Below the pieces are notes generated by a model. It worked only from the letters and a program-made list of their open reading frames with translations, searched no databases and had not been told where the DNA came from. The translations under genes were made by a program, and so were the position numbers. A DNA stretch of 64,000 nucleotides, taken from assembly GCF_009914755.1 (NCBI RefSeq), contig NC_060933.1; one strand, given 5' to 3'. This document shows positions 30,561 to 44,239 of the stretch, piece after piece; position 1 is the stretch's first letter, and each line of letters opens with the position of its first letter. Source of the DNA: the human T2T-CHM13v2.0 reference genome, Homo sapiens.

Positions 30561-31329
30561 GATGCAGGTGACAGAGCTGGGGAGCTAAGGCAAACAGAGC
30601 AGCCCGGGCCTGAGGTTGGGAACACTGCCATGGTCTTGCTTCCAGCCTTAAAAAAGGGGTTTCACACCATTGAAGGCTAGTGGCTCAAATGTTCAAAAGG
30701 TTTCCTCATACTTTTAAGTATCCCTGTATAGATCAAACATTTGAAAGTTGTTTTTCCTTTGAGCCTTTTAGGAAAGGGAACTTTTCCTGAAAGAGCCATT
30801 CCTCTTGGTCTGTGTGCACACCAGCCATCTGTAGCCATCATCAGACAGTACAAATGCCAGAACAGCCCAGCACCCCATAAGATGTTCCACTGCGTAGCCA
30901 TTGCTGGAATTTATCAAATTCTGGCATTGTTTCCAGGAATCCTACTCTGTCTAGAGACTTCAAGCTGCTTGTGATCAAAAAGCGAGTTAACTGGGATGGG
31001 GGAGAAGACTCTTTGGCTGTGAAATGTTGAATGAAATTATTATCTCATAATAATTTCATTATGAGATTAGGAATGGAGACTTACCCTGTGGTCCCTCTTG
31101 CAGTCTGCCTTGCTGCATACTGAATTCGGCTGGACACTGCAGGGAGGCCTGGGGGTGGGGGGTGTGGCCCTAGGTTGAGACAGCCTTCAGTCCCTGTGCA
31201 TCCTCTAGGCCCATCATTTTTTTACAGCCCCCATCCCCCACCTCATCAGCCTTTTCTAAGTGATGTTTGTCCACTCCCTGGTCTCCTGTGTGGTTATCTT
31301 ACATCATACCCGGGACCTTTGCTTATTAA

Positions 31330-31925
31330 GAGATGAGGCTCTGGAGTCTGCCATTTACTACCTGGATGCACTTGTATAGTTATTTAATCTCTGTGAGCCA
31401 CAGTCTTCTCATCCATCAAATGAAATAGTAAAATCTACTTTATGGTCTGGTTTTGAGACTTAAATAAAATAAAGTAGATTTAAGCCCATTATATAGTACC
31501 TAGAATGTAGGAAACATGCAGTAACTTATAGTTCTCTTCCTTCCCTGTCTTTTTGTTCCTTTTATAACCCCTGTGGTGCCATTCACTTTGTAGATAGTCA
31601 CTATTATTCAAAATACTGGTAGAAAATCATGGTAACAATGCCTGCCCAGGCTGACAGCACTGTGGTTAAGAGCCTGGGCTTTGGAGTGCAGACCTGGATA
31701 TGAATTCCACTTTGTCACTTATTTGTTACATTGACTTTAGGCAAGTTAATTATCCTTTCTGAATCTCAATTTTAGTTATGTGTAACCTGGGGGCAATCAT
31801 AGCCCTTCCTCAGGGTGCCATTGTTAAAAAATTACGGAGCATAATGTGAGAAAAGTATTTTGCCTAGTGCCTGAGATACAGTAAGCAAACTGTTAGCTGC
31901 TGTTATTAGTGTTTATTATTATTAT
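31330..31925 (+). mobile_element. Two MIR fragments (31330-31530, 31660-31925)
   Basis: TGGTTAAGAGCCTGGGCTTTGGAG...GGCAAGTTAA... MIR head and core. Confidence 0.7.
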
Positions 31926-32394
31926 TCTCAGCCTGGGAACAGGACTGCGAACAGATCTTGAAGGACTCTGTTCGCCTCTCAAAGTGAGGAGGAGCTTGGC
32001 TTCCTGGCGGTTGGTTATCTCAGTGTGTTCCCACTGTATTCTCGTCCTGCCTGGTGAGATTTGGGGCTACACGGTTTGGGTCTCAGCGTCCCCAAGATGG
32101 TCCTGGGTGTAAGATGGCCTAGGTTGCCTCTTTGGTATCTGATCATCTGGTTGTGTCTGCTCCTGACCTGCAAACTTTCAGAGACAGCTTTTTCTTGGGA
32201 ACATGGAAAACATGTGGGACACTTCATGTATACCACCCATTTGTTCCCCTCTTCTCCCAAGTTCTTCTCCTGCCCTGGACATCACATCCCTCCCTCCCTG
32301 CCCTGCTCCACTTGGAGGCACTTCTCACACCATGTTTCCACCTCCAAAAGATGCACCTGATCCCACCTGGGGTTTAACCCTTCTGCCCTTGACT

Positions 32395-32498
32395 GCCTTT
32401 CTCTCCCTTCTCCTCCTTTTTTCTTTTCTTTCTTCCTTTCCTTTCTTCCCTTTCTTCTCTTCTTCTTTTTCCTTCTCTCTTCTCTCTGTCTCTTTTTC
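32395..32498. repeat. CT-rich low-complexity tract
   Basis: About 100 bp of almost pure pyrimidines. Confidence 0.85.
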
Positions 32499-34398
32499 TG
32501 GAACCTGAGTTTTCCATTTGCATTTTTTTCTGTTCATCTGCTCCCATCTGTTCCCAGGCTCCCTCCTTCCCTGCCACCCCACTGTTTCCTGTCTCCTGCC
32601 ACACCAGATTGTCTTGTCCAATTTATCCCTGTACAACAGTGCAGTGCCTAGAAGCCCCCACCCCTTCCTGACTGTCTCTCTCGGACTCAACCTCTCCATT
32701 TGCCCTCGAAACACTGAAAGAAAGAAAAGTGCTGCAATTGCCCAGTCTCCAGGGGCAGGTCTTACTTAATAACGTTTTTATGTAATGCCGGTTATATGGC
32801 CCCTGCTTCTCTTAGGCTCACAGAATGGGAGAGCTGGGAGGATCTCAAAGACCATCTGGTGCTGCTATATTTTATAGAGAGTAATCTGTAACTCCTGCAG
32901 TGGGATGGGCTGACTTTAAGTCACAGAGGGGGTTTAGGACACATCTCAGATTAGAACCCAGGACTCCTGACTTCATAAAAATATAAAATTGCCAATGTGA
33001 ACGGCATGTGTCCTTGTAGGTCTTTTTTTGTATTTATTTCATTCTACCTATAACCCGAGGCCTCTAACAGTTGCAGCTGGATCTACTTAACCCATTAATG
33101 ACAAGCCCTACCTCCTTTTGCAGGAGTGAAGCATGGAGGTGGGGACAGACTTCAAGCGATGGAGATATAAACAACCTAGGTCAGTCATACGCAGTGTCAT
33201 CATCTGTTCAGTCTTCCTACTTGTCCTGGGCTGACCTTGCCCTCTGGTTCTTAGCTTCCTGCCTTGGCTCCAACCTCACTCCAGCCCTTATTGATGGGGC
33301 TTCATGGTTTGTCTTTGGTTCTCCTACCTTGACCCCACCTTTTCAAGAAGTACACCTTATATTTCAATGTCACGTCTTTTTACATCAGTTAGAGCTGTGT
33401 TGTCTTAATATGGTGGCTGCATGTGGCTGTTGAGCATTTGAAATGTCATTACTTCAAATTGAGATGTTCTGTAAATATTAAAAAAAAGACCAGATTTCAA
33501 AGACTTACTACAAAAAGGAAAGTATCTCCTTAATAATTTGTTATATTTTCTATTGATTACATTTTGAAAAGATAATATCTTGGATATACAGTCATATGTC
33601 ACTTAAAGATGGGATGCATCATGAGAAATGCATCTTTAGGTGATTTTGCCCTAGTGTGAACACCATATTGTGTACTTACACAAACCTAGGTGGCATAGCC
33701 TACTATACATTTAGGTGATACGGCATAGCCTCTTGCTCCTGGGCTACAAACCTGTACAGTGTGAGTACACTGAGTAATGCAGGCAAGTGTAATATAGTAG
33801 TAAGTATCTGTGTAGCTAAACATAGTTAAACATAGAAAAGGTACAATAAAAATATAATGTAAAAGATAAAAATGGTATACCTATATAGGACACTTACCAT
33901 GGATGGAACTTCCAAGACTAGAAGTTGTTCTGGGTGGGTCAGTGGTGAGTGAATGTAAAGGCCTTGGACATTACTGTAATACACAACTGTAGACTTTATA
34001 AATGCTATATATGTGGGCTATACTAAATCTATAAAAAATTTTCTTCAATAATAAATTAACCTTAGCTTACTGTAACTTTTTTACTTTACAAACTTAAAAC
34101 TTTTTGACTCTTTTGTAATAACACTTAGCTTAAAACACACATTGTTCAGCTGTACAAAAATATTTTCTTTTTTAATATCCTTATTCTATAAGATTTTTTT
34201 GTATTTTTAAAATTATTTTTTCTTTTTCAACTTTTTTCATTAAGAACTAAGACGCAGACACACACATTAGCCTAGGTCTACTCAGGGTCAGCATCGTAAA
34301 TATCACTGTCTTCCACCTCCACATCTTGTCCCACTGGAAGGTTTTCAGGGATGGTCACACACATGGAGCTGTCATCTCCTATAATAATGCCTTCTTCT

Positions 34399-34721
34399 GG
34401 CCGGGCGCTGTGGCTCACACCTGGAATCCCAGCACTTTGGGAGGCCGAGGCAGGTGGATCACCTGAGGTCAGGAGTTTGAGACCAGCCTGACCAACATGG
34501 TGAAATCCCGTCTCTACTGAAAATACAAAAACTTAGCCGGGCATGTTGGTGCACCTGTAATCCCAGCTACTCAGGAGGCTGAGGCAGGAGAATTGCTTGA
34601 ACCTGGGAGGCGGAGCTGCAGTGACCCGACATTGCGCCACTGCACTCCAGCCTGAGTGACAGCAAGACTCCGTCTCAAACAAAACAAAACAAAACAAAAC
34701 CCAAACCAACCAACCAAACAA
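34399..34721 (+). mobile_element. AluS with (AAAAC)n/(CAAC)n tail
   Basis: TSD AATAATGCCTTCTTC (34383 and 34722). Confidence 0.95.
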
Positions 34722-34818
34722 AATAATGCCTTCTTCCGGAAGGACCTGCCTGAGGCTATTTTATAGTTAACTTAAAAAAAAAAAAACAGTAGAAGGAGCA
34801 CATTCTAAAATAACAGTG

Positions 34819-35141
34819 GGCTGGGTGTAGTGGCTCACGCCTGTAATCCCAACACTTTGGGAGGCCAAGGCAGGTGGATCACTTGAGGTCAGGAGTTCCC
34901 AGCCTGCCGAACACGGTGAAACTCCGTCTCTACTAAAAATGCAAAAATTAGCTGAGCGTGGTGGCGCGTACCTGGAGTCCCAGCTACTTGGAGGCTGAGG
35001 CACAAGAATCGCTTGAACCTGGGAGGCGGAGGTTGCAGTGAGCTGAGTTTGTGCTGCTGCACTCCAGCCTGGGTGACAGTGAGACTCTGTCTCAAAAAAT
35101 AATAATGATGATGATAATAATAATAATAATAATAATAATAA
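34819..35141 (+). mobile_element. AluS with (AAT)n/(GAT)n tail
   Basis: Full dimer inside Tigger3. Confidence 0.92.
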
Positions 35142-35710
35142 CGATGAAAAGTATAGCAAATACATAAACCAGTAACAGTCATTTATTATCAAGTATTATG
35201 TACTGTATATAATTGTATGTGCTGTACCTTTATGTGACTGGTAGCACAGTAGGTTTGTTTACACCAGCATCACCACAAACACTTGAGTACTGAGTTGTGC
35301 TATAACCTTTCTATGACTACGGCATCACTAGGTGATAGGAATTGTTAGCTCCATTATAATCTGATGGGACCACTGTTGTATATGTGGTCCATTGTTGACC
35401 AAAATGTCGTTCTGCAGTACATGACTATATTGAGTTAAATAAAATAAATGGTCAAAATTAATTTTACCTGTTTCTTTTTCCTTTTTTAAAACATGGTATT
35501 TGAGAATTTAAAATGTGTGGATTACATTATATTTCTGTTGGACATTGCTGGGTTATAGCCTCATAGGCCTTTCGCAACCAGGATTTCATGAGAGAATTAA
35601 GCCTTGTGCCTGAAGGTCCATTGTATGTAATGAATGTACCATCTCAGGAGAGTTAAGAAACAGTCACTCAAATCATTTTCTGTGCTCTGTGGTTCAGATA
35701 AGAAACTTAG

Positions 35711-36086
<376 letters not shown>

Positions 36087-36194
36087 GCTGTTCATTATTT
36101 TTTATTGCTTACTAATAATATTCCATTGTATAAATGTACCACAACTTGTCTGTCCATTCTGCTGCTTGACATTTGTGTTTCCAGGTTGAGGCTG

Positions 36195-36285
36195 TTATTT
36201 AACTTTGATTTTAAGTTCAAGGGTGCATGTGCAGGGCGTGCAGGTTTGTTATACAGGTAAACATGTGTCATGGGGGGTTTGTTGT
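36195..36285 (-). mobile_element. L1PA 3' end fragment
   Basis: TTTTAAGTTCAAGGGTGCATGTGCAGG...GTGCAGGTTTGTTATACAGGTAAACATGTGTCATGGGGG. Confidence 0.8.
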
Positions 36286-37224
36286 TTCAAATTTCAATTC
36301 AAATTCCTGTAGTGTTTCTCTCAATTGTATAATGAGGGCTGTTGGTTTGAGACAGATACTACTAAGCTTCTAAGTTGTTTTTCTCTTTTTTAAAATCTCA
36401 GATGAATGTTACATTTTTCCAATTACCATTTCAATATCTATTGAGAGGATCATATCACTTTTTTATCTTGGAATTATCAATATGCTTGTTTGATTATTAA
36501 CATTAGCTGATTCCTGTATTTCTTAGCCAAACTTGTTAAGTTTGGGGATTTTTTTTTCCGTCACTTTTTGTGCTGTGGTATAAACTATTTGCCATAAGAA
36601 TTATGTATTCTTCAAAAGCCTGAGAGAACTCACTGGTAAAACCATGTGGTCTTGGAACCTTTGGTTTAACTTTTCTCGTTTCTTGCAGGGTTTTTAGCAT
36701 ACTCATCAAATATAGAAAAGTTTCAGTTAGTCAAAAATAGAAGGCAGTGCGAAGATTAGGTCAGAGCCTGCACCTTCCTGTGAAGCAGGTACTTCCAAAA
36801 ATTTCATTTTGTATTCCCAGCAATAGTCAGGATGACCCTGCAGCACATGAGGATCAACATTAAGAAAGATTGAACTGTGCTGAGACACATGAATTGCAAT
36901 GGGAAAAGTGAGCAACAAGTTAGAGATTGCAGAAAACCAAAGTAATAAATTAAGGGACAAACTACAATTTTCTTCTGAAACTCAGAGCAAAAACAAAGGA
37001 AGATGAATGTGATGAATTGTTTCTAGGAGATGTCATGTGTGTATATCACAGGAATTCTAAAAAGGAAGGGTGGGCAGATGTGAGAAAATGTTTGTAATGT
37101 ATTAAGGACAAAAGCAGATTATAAAACCACAGCTATAGTATGAGCTCAGTTGAGAGCCAGTGTGTGTGCATGTGTGTGCCCCTGCACCTGTGAGTGTGGG
37201 CATAGCTACCGGCCATGGATGTGC

Positions 37225-37500
37225 TCTGTGGCTGAGGGTCCAGGCTCCAGAGGCAACAGGCCTAGGTTTAGTCCTGGCTCTCATATTGAACACATATGAG
37301 GATTTGAGCAAATTGTTGAACTTCTCCAGCTATGCCTCTATTTCTTCATCTGTAAAATGGGGCAATAATAGTACCTATTTCATAGGGGTGTTGTGAGAAT
37401 TCAGGGAGCAATGGATAAATATATGTAAAATTACTGACATTGTGCCTGACACTTAGAAAGTGTCCTCAGTAAATGTTATTGTTTTTATTGTCATTATTAT
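37225..37500 (+). mobile_element. MIR
   Basis: TTCTTCATCTGTAAAATGGGGCAATAATAGTACCTATTTCATAGGG core. Confidence 0.85.
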
Positions 37501-37569
37501 AAACCAAAATGTAAACTTTAGTTTTCTCTGAGTGTTAAGGCTAATAGGTAATTTAAATTTTCTTCATTG

Positions 37570-37986
<417 letters not shown>

Positions 37987-39009
37987 TTAAAAAAAGTTCT
38001 TCATTGGGCTTCTGTATCATGCAGGTTTTCTGTAATGAACATGTATTAGGTCCCTAATTAAAAAAAAGAAAAGTTTTTCTTCTTCTTCTTTTTTTTTTTT
38101 TTTTTAAAGAGAACATCTGAATGATGTATTCGGAAAAAAACATTTCCCAAGAATATGGAGAAAGGGAATTGAACATAATTCCCAGTGTAAGAGTGGAATG
38201 AGCATGTGGCCCTGTGGGCCTAGTCCCAGTTTGTTAATCTTGTGAGCAGAGCTGCTGGCGGCTGCTCTCAGTCCGCTAATCGGGCTCTTTCTCTGTCACG
38301 TGGACAGGAGACTGCTCACAGGGTTGCAGTTGGCTGCTGCCCTGCGTTGACAGCTGGTTCTAATTGTGCAGAGCTACGTAGTACTAGGGCTGGAGAGGGA
38401 AGGTTTTGGGAAATTTGCATCATCTTCCTGACCCTAAGTCTGTATGTTTTCCAAGCAGATGGTAGCTTGAGGATTTGATGAAACAGTAGTGACTGTAAAT
38501 GAGTTGTTATTCTATAGAAACTAGTATGACCTGAAAGCTGAGAAAGATAAATTGCTTCTGCTTATTCAGTGAGTACATATATGTGTATACTGATTTCACT
38601 GGAGGCACCATTTTTCCACAGTGATCCTTTCCCCCTCTTGTGGTTTGTCTAGCCAGGGGTTCTGGGGCCTCAGGAGGCCCTCATGTTCATTTCTTCCACG
38701 GCCCATACTGCCTCCTCCCTTTCTCCACACACACAGCCCTTAACAGGTATTTATTTCAAATTACCAAAGTGAGTTGCTCTCACATAAGAAAATGCAAATA
38801 TCCCGTGCACTTACCAAACTTGATTCTAGTATAGTAGAAGGTGCTTAAAGGGTTTGGGCCCTCTCTGCCGTGCTCTCCCTCATGGCATCAGGGCAATACA
38901 GCCTACCAAACACTCCATGTGAGGGTTTGGGGAGCCACCTCTGCCCAGTCCCTACGTTGTTTTCCCATCCCATGCAGAAAAAAAAAAAAAATTGCACTCT
39001 TTACCTTCC

Positions 39010-39460
39010 CTTAAGGCTGGGACCTGGCCTCCCACCCCTGTCCTGTCTCACTGTTTCTTCTCCCACTCCTCCCCAGGCTCCTTCTGCTCCAGCCATGGGC
39101 TACCTTGCTGTTCTCAGATATCTCATGGTGTTCCTGAATCAGGGTCTTGACCCGTGCACTTCACTTCCTTCTGCCTGGGACCCTCCTCCCCTAGATACCT
39201 GCAGAGCATGCTCCTTTACCTCATTCCTGTCTCTACTCCATGCCAGCTTGTCAGACAGGCCTGCTGAGACATCCCCTCCAAATATTCCTACCTTCATCCT
39301 CATTCATGCTTTTTCGCAGGAGTTATCATCTGACTTATTATGATTTCTTTAGAAATCTCTCTTCTCCTGTAGAAGGTAAGCACCATGAAAGTAAGAGCAT
39401 GTTTGTTTGTTCACTGCTGCATTTCCTAAAACATACTTTAATTTTGGTGAATAAATGAAT
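39010..39460 (+). mobile_element. L2
   Basis: L2 3' region ending ...TTGGTGAATAAATGAATG. Confidence 0.7.
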
Positions 39461-39557
39461 GTAGATGTGCTTTATAAACTGCCAATCACTGTTGTCTCTT
39501 CCTTTTTCTCTTCCTTCCTCCTTTATGGTTTCATATCAACTCTTTCCCTTCTTCAAA

Positions 39558-39600
39558 CACCATCATCATCATCATCATCATCACCACCACCACCATCATC
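39558..39600. repeat. Compound (CAT)n(CAC)n microsatellite
   Basis: Direct reading. Confidence 0.9.
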
Positions 39601-40213
39601 CTCCAAGAAAGAACTAAAGATACCTCAGTCCACTGGCAGCTCCCAGAAGGCTTGGACCTAGGCAATGTCTATTAGGACTGCAACCTTGGGAAATAAAGCA
39701 GGAAAGTCCAGTTGTCCTTTGTGGCCTTGAGTTGTGGTAATTTATGTTCCTGTCTGTCCCTGCTTTGAGCAGACACCAATTTCAAGACCCGGTCTGACTC
39801 ACTGTGGAACCTTTCCAGCACAGTCCTGGCACTTAGATGGCTCTCTCTTCTTTCTTTCCCACTTGCCCTTAATCCCTTTATTCCTCCTCCTCCCTTCTTT
39901 TCTTCAATTTTTCTTCCTCTTTCCTTGCTTCCTTGTTCTTTTTGTCTTTCTCTCCTTCCTGTTTTTCTTTCATGTTTCACTGCAGCTGGTCTTCTTCCAG
40001 GGAGGGCTTGGGACAGTGCCTGGCAGTGAGTTCCCCTCCAGCCATGAGCTTTTCTGACTCCCTCAGTGCTAACGCTCCCTCCCTCTGCTACCAGGGGACC
40101 TGCATGCACTTGATTCTAGCCTTAACAGCTCTCCTGTAGGACAGGTGTGTTTCCCTAAGGCCCAGCTGGTCATGATTTTCACATGATTACTCCATCAAAA
40201 AGTACAGAAACAG

Positions 40214-40556
<343 letters not shown>

Positions 40557-42157
40557 TTATAAATGTTGACACTGATAGGTTATAAGTAGGTTATGACTTT
40601 ATAAAAATTAGGCATATTTTAGAGTATTTACTCAACTTCAAAATATATTTTTTACAAGGTTTACAATGTGTAATATGTCATCTACTAAAAATTATTTTTT
40701 CCAAGTGATCTTGTACATGATAAATAGTACAGGAAAGCTTATGAAGAAAAACCTTCACCTCAGTCCCCTCCCCAAAGGTACACTCTTTAAACTGTTTTTT
40801 CTGCTGGTTACTTTTGGAATTTTATTTGGCACACCAAAGCCTGAATTTCTTGTTTCACCAGCTTTGTGTGGTATCTTGTGACCGCTCACTTCCTATGCTT
40901 TCCCTCCAGTTCTCCACTGCCCACCTTCTGTTGATTATACTTTTACATTGCCTAATTAATGAGCTTCACCAAACTCATCACACTTTTCCTTAGGTGGACT
41001 CTTAAAGTTGAAAACCATCAAACAACACTTATTATTATGGCTACGTAACTGTTACACATAGTCAAGCCAAGTACTATGCCAGGATTGTGTTTCATTCCCT
41101 AGTAACCCTGGGCCATTCAAAAGAGAATATGCCTCACAAGACCTGTAGATTTTCTTCTCTTTTAATCCATTGATTGCTTGATACTGGGTATGTATTATAT
41201 GTTGATTCATGTTATATTTTTAATTGTTTTTATATTTCCCCAGAGGCTTCCCTTCAGCAGCACTTTGTCCTGCTCCAGTGTGAACTAGTTGTTTTCCAGT
41301 CTTTTGCGCAGCTGTTTTTATAGGACCTTCCTTTGCAATGCTCTATGGTTGGACTCTTTCCTTTTTTTTCCTTCGTCATATTTATTGAGGTTTAATTACA
41401 TCCAGTAAAAATCACCCATTTTAGTAAACAGTTTGGTGATTGTGAAGAATGAGTGTTCTCATGTGGAGACCTTGTCTGTCAACCCCAAAAGTTCTGTGTG
41501 CCCCTTTGTAGCCAGTTTGCCTCCTGTTCCCAGTCCTTGGCAACCAAGGATCTAATTCCTGTCTCTGTCATGTTTACCTTTTCCAGAATGTCATGTAAGT
41601 CAAATCATAATACTTTCTTGTGTGGTTTCTTTCACTTAGTATAAAACTGTTGACATTCGTGTACGCTGATGTATGCGTCACTCTGTCATTCGTGTTTTTG
41701 TTGCTGAGTAGTATTGGATTATATGGCTGTACCATGATTTGTTCATCGCCTCACCAGCTGGTGGAAATCCGGGTTGTTTCTAGTCTGGGGAAATAGAGAA
41801 TGAAGTTGCCGTAAACATGCACATACAAGTTTTTTGTGGACATATATTGGTATTGGGTAAATACCTACCCAATGGGATTGCTGGGCCTACCAGTGAGATT
41901 GCTGGGGCAGTTGATAAGTGTGTGCCTAACTTGATGGGAAGCTGCCCACCTGCTTTCCTAAATGGCTGTTCTGATCCTCCATAGCACCTGGTATTGTCAC
42001 TTATGTGTGCTTTTTGCGATGATTGAATTAAATGTGGTGTCCATTGTCATTTAGTTTGCATTTCCCTACTGACTAATGACATAGAGCACCTTCCCCTGTG
42101 TTTACTTGCCATCCACGCATCCTCCTGGTAAAGTGTATGAACAAATCTTTTCTTTCA

Positions 42158-42445
42158 TTTTTTTTTTTTTGAGACAGTCTTTGTTCTGTCATCCAGGCTG
42201 GAGTGTAGTGGTATGATCATGGCTCACTGCAGCCTTGAACTCCTGGGCTCAAGCAATCCTCCTGCCTCAGCCTCCTGAGTAGCTAGGACTGCAGGCAAGC
42301 ACACCATGCCTGGCTAAGTGTTTTTTGTTTTTTTTCTAATTTTCTGTAGCGACAGGGTTGCACTATATTGCCAGGCTGGTTTCAAACTCTTGGGCTCAAG
42401 CAGTCCTCCTGCCTCTGCCTCCCAAAGTGCTGGGATTACAGATGT
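42158..42445 (-). mobile_element. AluJ
   Basis: GATCATGGCTCACTGCAGCCTTGAACTCCTGGGCTCAAGCAATCC J-type motif. Confidence 0.9.
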
Positions 42446-42469
42446 GGTTTACTTTTTAAAAAACATTGG

Positions 42470-42918
42470 TGTATTAGGGTTCTCTAGAGAGACAGAACTA
42501 ATTTTATCTATATATAGGATATATATACAAAAGGGAGTTTATTAAGTATTAACTCACACGATCACAGGGTCCCATAATAGGCTGTCTGCAAGCTGAGGAG
42601 CAAGGAGACCCAGTCTGAGTCCCAAAACTGAAGAACTTGGAGTTCGATGTTTGAGGGCAGGAAGCATCCAGCATGGGAGAAAGATGTAGGCTGGAGGGCT
42701 AGGCCAGTGTAGTCTTTTCACATTTTTCTGCCTGCTTTATATTCTAGCCGCATTGGCAGCTGATTAGATAGTGCCCACCCAGATTAAGGGTGAGTCTGCC
42801 TTCCCCAGCCCACTGACTCAAATGTTAATCTCCTTTGGCAACACCCTCACAGACACACGCAGGATCAATACTTTGCATCCTTCCGTCCAATCAAGTTGAC
42901 ACAGTATTAACCATCACA
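42470..42918 (-). mobile_element. MLT2A (HERV-L) solo LTR
   Basis: TG...CA termini (TGTATTAGGGTTCTCTAGAG ... TTAACCATCACA) and perfect 5 bp TSD ATTGG (42465-42469 and 42919-42923). Confidence 0.9.
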
Positions 42919-44239
42919 ATTGGGTTGTTTGACTTCTATTGTTGAGTTGTAACAGTTTATATTTTATATACAAGTCTCTTTTCTATCACATATTTGTTTT
43001 ACAAAATGTTTTTTCAGTCTGTTGCATTTCCTTTTCTTACAGTGTCTAAGTACGTTAGAGGGGTTTTTTCTAAGTTTTTGTTTCTTTTTCTTCCAAAGTC
43101 ATTGTCATTTATTACCTTGGTTTTCCTTCCGTTCTGTTGGCTTCACTCATATGCCTGGTGGCTTGTAGGTGTTGTGACTTTTTTCCCCTGGCTTTTCTCC
43201 TGAGGGGAGTCTGCCTGGGATAGCCAAGTGGCCTGGGCAAGACACAGCAGGTTGCCCACACTGCAGGATGACAGGGTGGGGACTGGCATGCAGGGTGCAG
43301 TTCTCTTAACTGTCAGCAAAACGAGGCGACCTTTATTCTGTGGGTTCCAGCATGGAAGCCTTTAATTCTCCCATCCCACTTTTTGCCCGGGGGTGGATGC
43401 TAGCAGGCAGCGGGTGGGGGTGCTGGCTGAGACAGTGTCCAGTACACTGACCTTTCATTTGTCCTCTGTTTATTGTTCCTTAATGACTCTGAGCCAGGAG
43501 CCTTTCTGAGGTCCCCCAAGGCAGCCTGACTTCACCACCTCTGTAGCCCCTTCCTGGCATAGTCTAGCTTGAGACTTTCTGTTTTCGTTTAATCAAAATC
43601 CGTGCTGATCTCCAGTAATGTGTTGAAATCTCTCATTTGACGAGGGTAGTAGTGCCCTCCACTCCATTCTCTTCCTAGTTTAGGTCTATCTTTTACTTCT
43701 GTGCTTTGTCAGAGGGGTCTTGGGAGTGATGTTAGGCAAATGCATATGTCAGGTGTCATTTGAACACGCAACCTGTTTTGAACTTAATATGGCACCAGTT
43801 GTAGGTGGTTTTGGGTTTGTCACAGACACAGATGATGGAATCAGCTTCTCCCTTTTGAAACTTGTTTTTAATCATGGACTAACTTCATTGTTCTCTCACA
43901 TATTTCATTCATGGTCTCATTAAGAGTTATAGAAAAAGATGATATTTGATTGTGTTTACAGTGAAATATATACAAATACAAGCATTTATATTTTGTTAAT
44001 AACTATTAGGATCTGCTGGAACTGCAGATTTTACTGAGGGGAGAACTGGTGGTACTGGATGCGACCCCCACCCACCAGTGGATGAGGCTTCCCTGAAACA
44101 GACCAGATGCGTATTCTCCCCAATTAGCATATCCATAAACTATGGCACATTTACTGCCTAAAAGAACCAAGAAGCTTCTTTGCTTCCCTTAGCCTGCTTT
44201 GTAGTCTCAGATTGTTGTGAGTTCTGACTTTTCTGACAC

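Larger units (their letters stand above)
33589..35427 (+). mobile_element. Tigger3(b)-like TcMar DNA transposon containing two Alus
   Basis: Terminal inverted repeats CAGTCAT...ATGACT(A), with TA on both sides (33587-33588 and 35428-35429). Tigger3 consensus-like GTACTTACACAAACCTAG. Confidence 0.88.
33389..35550 (+). mobile_element. MER33 (hAT-Charlie non-autonomous element), split by Tigger3 (parts 33389-33588 and 35428-35550)
   Basis: TAGAGCTGTGTTGTC...ATGTGGCTGTTGAGCATTTGAAATG...TTGGATA continues as TATTGAGTTAAATAAAA...ATTTCTGTTGGACATTGCTG after the insertion. Confidence 0.82.
41375..43050 (-). mobile_element. Old L1M(E) 3' fragment interrupted by AluJ and MLT2A
   Basis: TTTATTGAGGTTTAATT...TTTCACTTAGTATAA...GGGTAAATACCTA...TTTGCATTTCCCT motifs. 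Confidence 0.75.

Noticed and set aside
32203-32714. Lys/Glu/Arg-rich and Phe/Ser-rich ORFs (similar ones at 39672-40109)
   Set aside because: They arise from CT-rich low-complexity tracts lacking stop codons.
41863-41906. Small tandem duplication CCTACC(C)A.TG.GATTGCTGGG x2 (also AAGCTTAAAAAG x2 at about 28767-28794)
   Set aside because: Ordinary slippage duplications with no sign of function.
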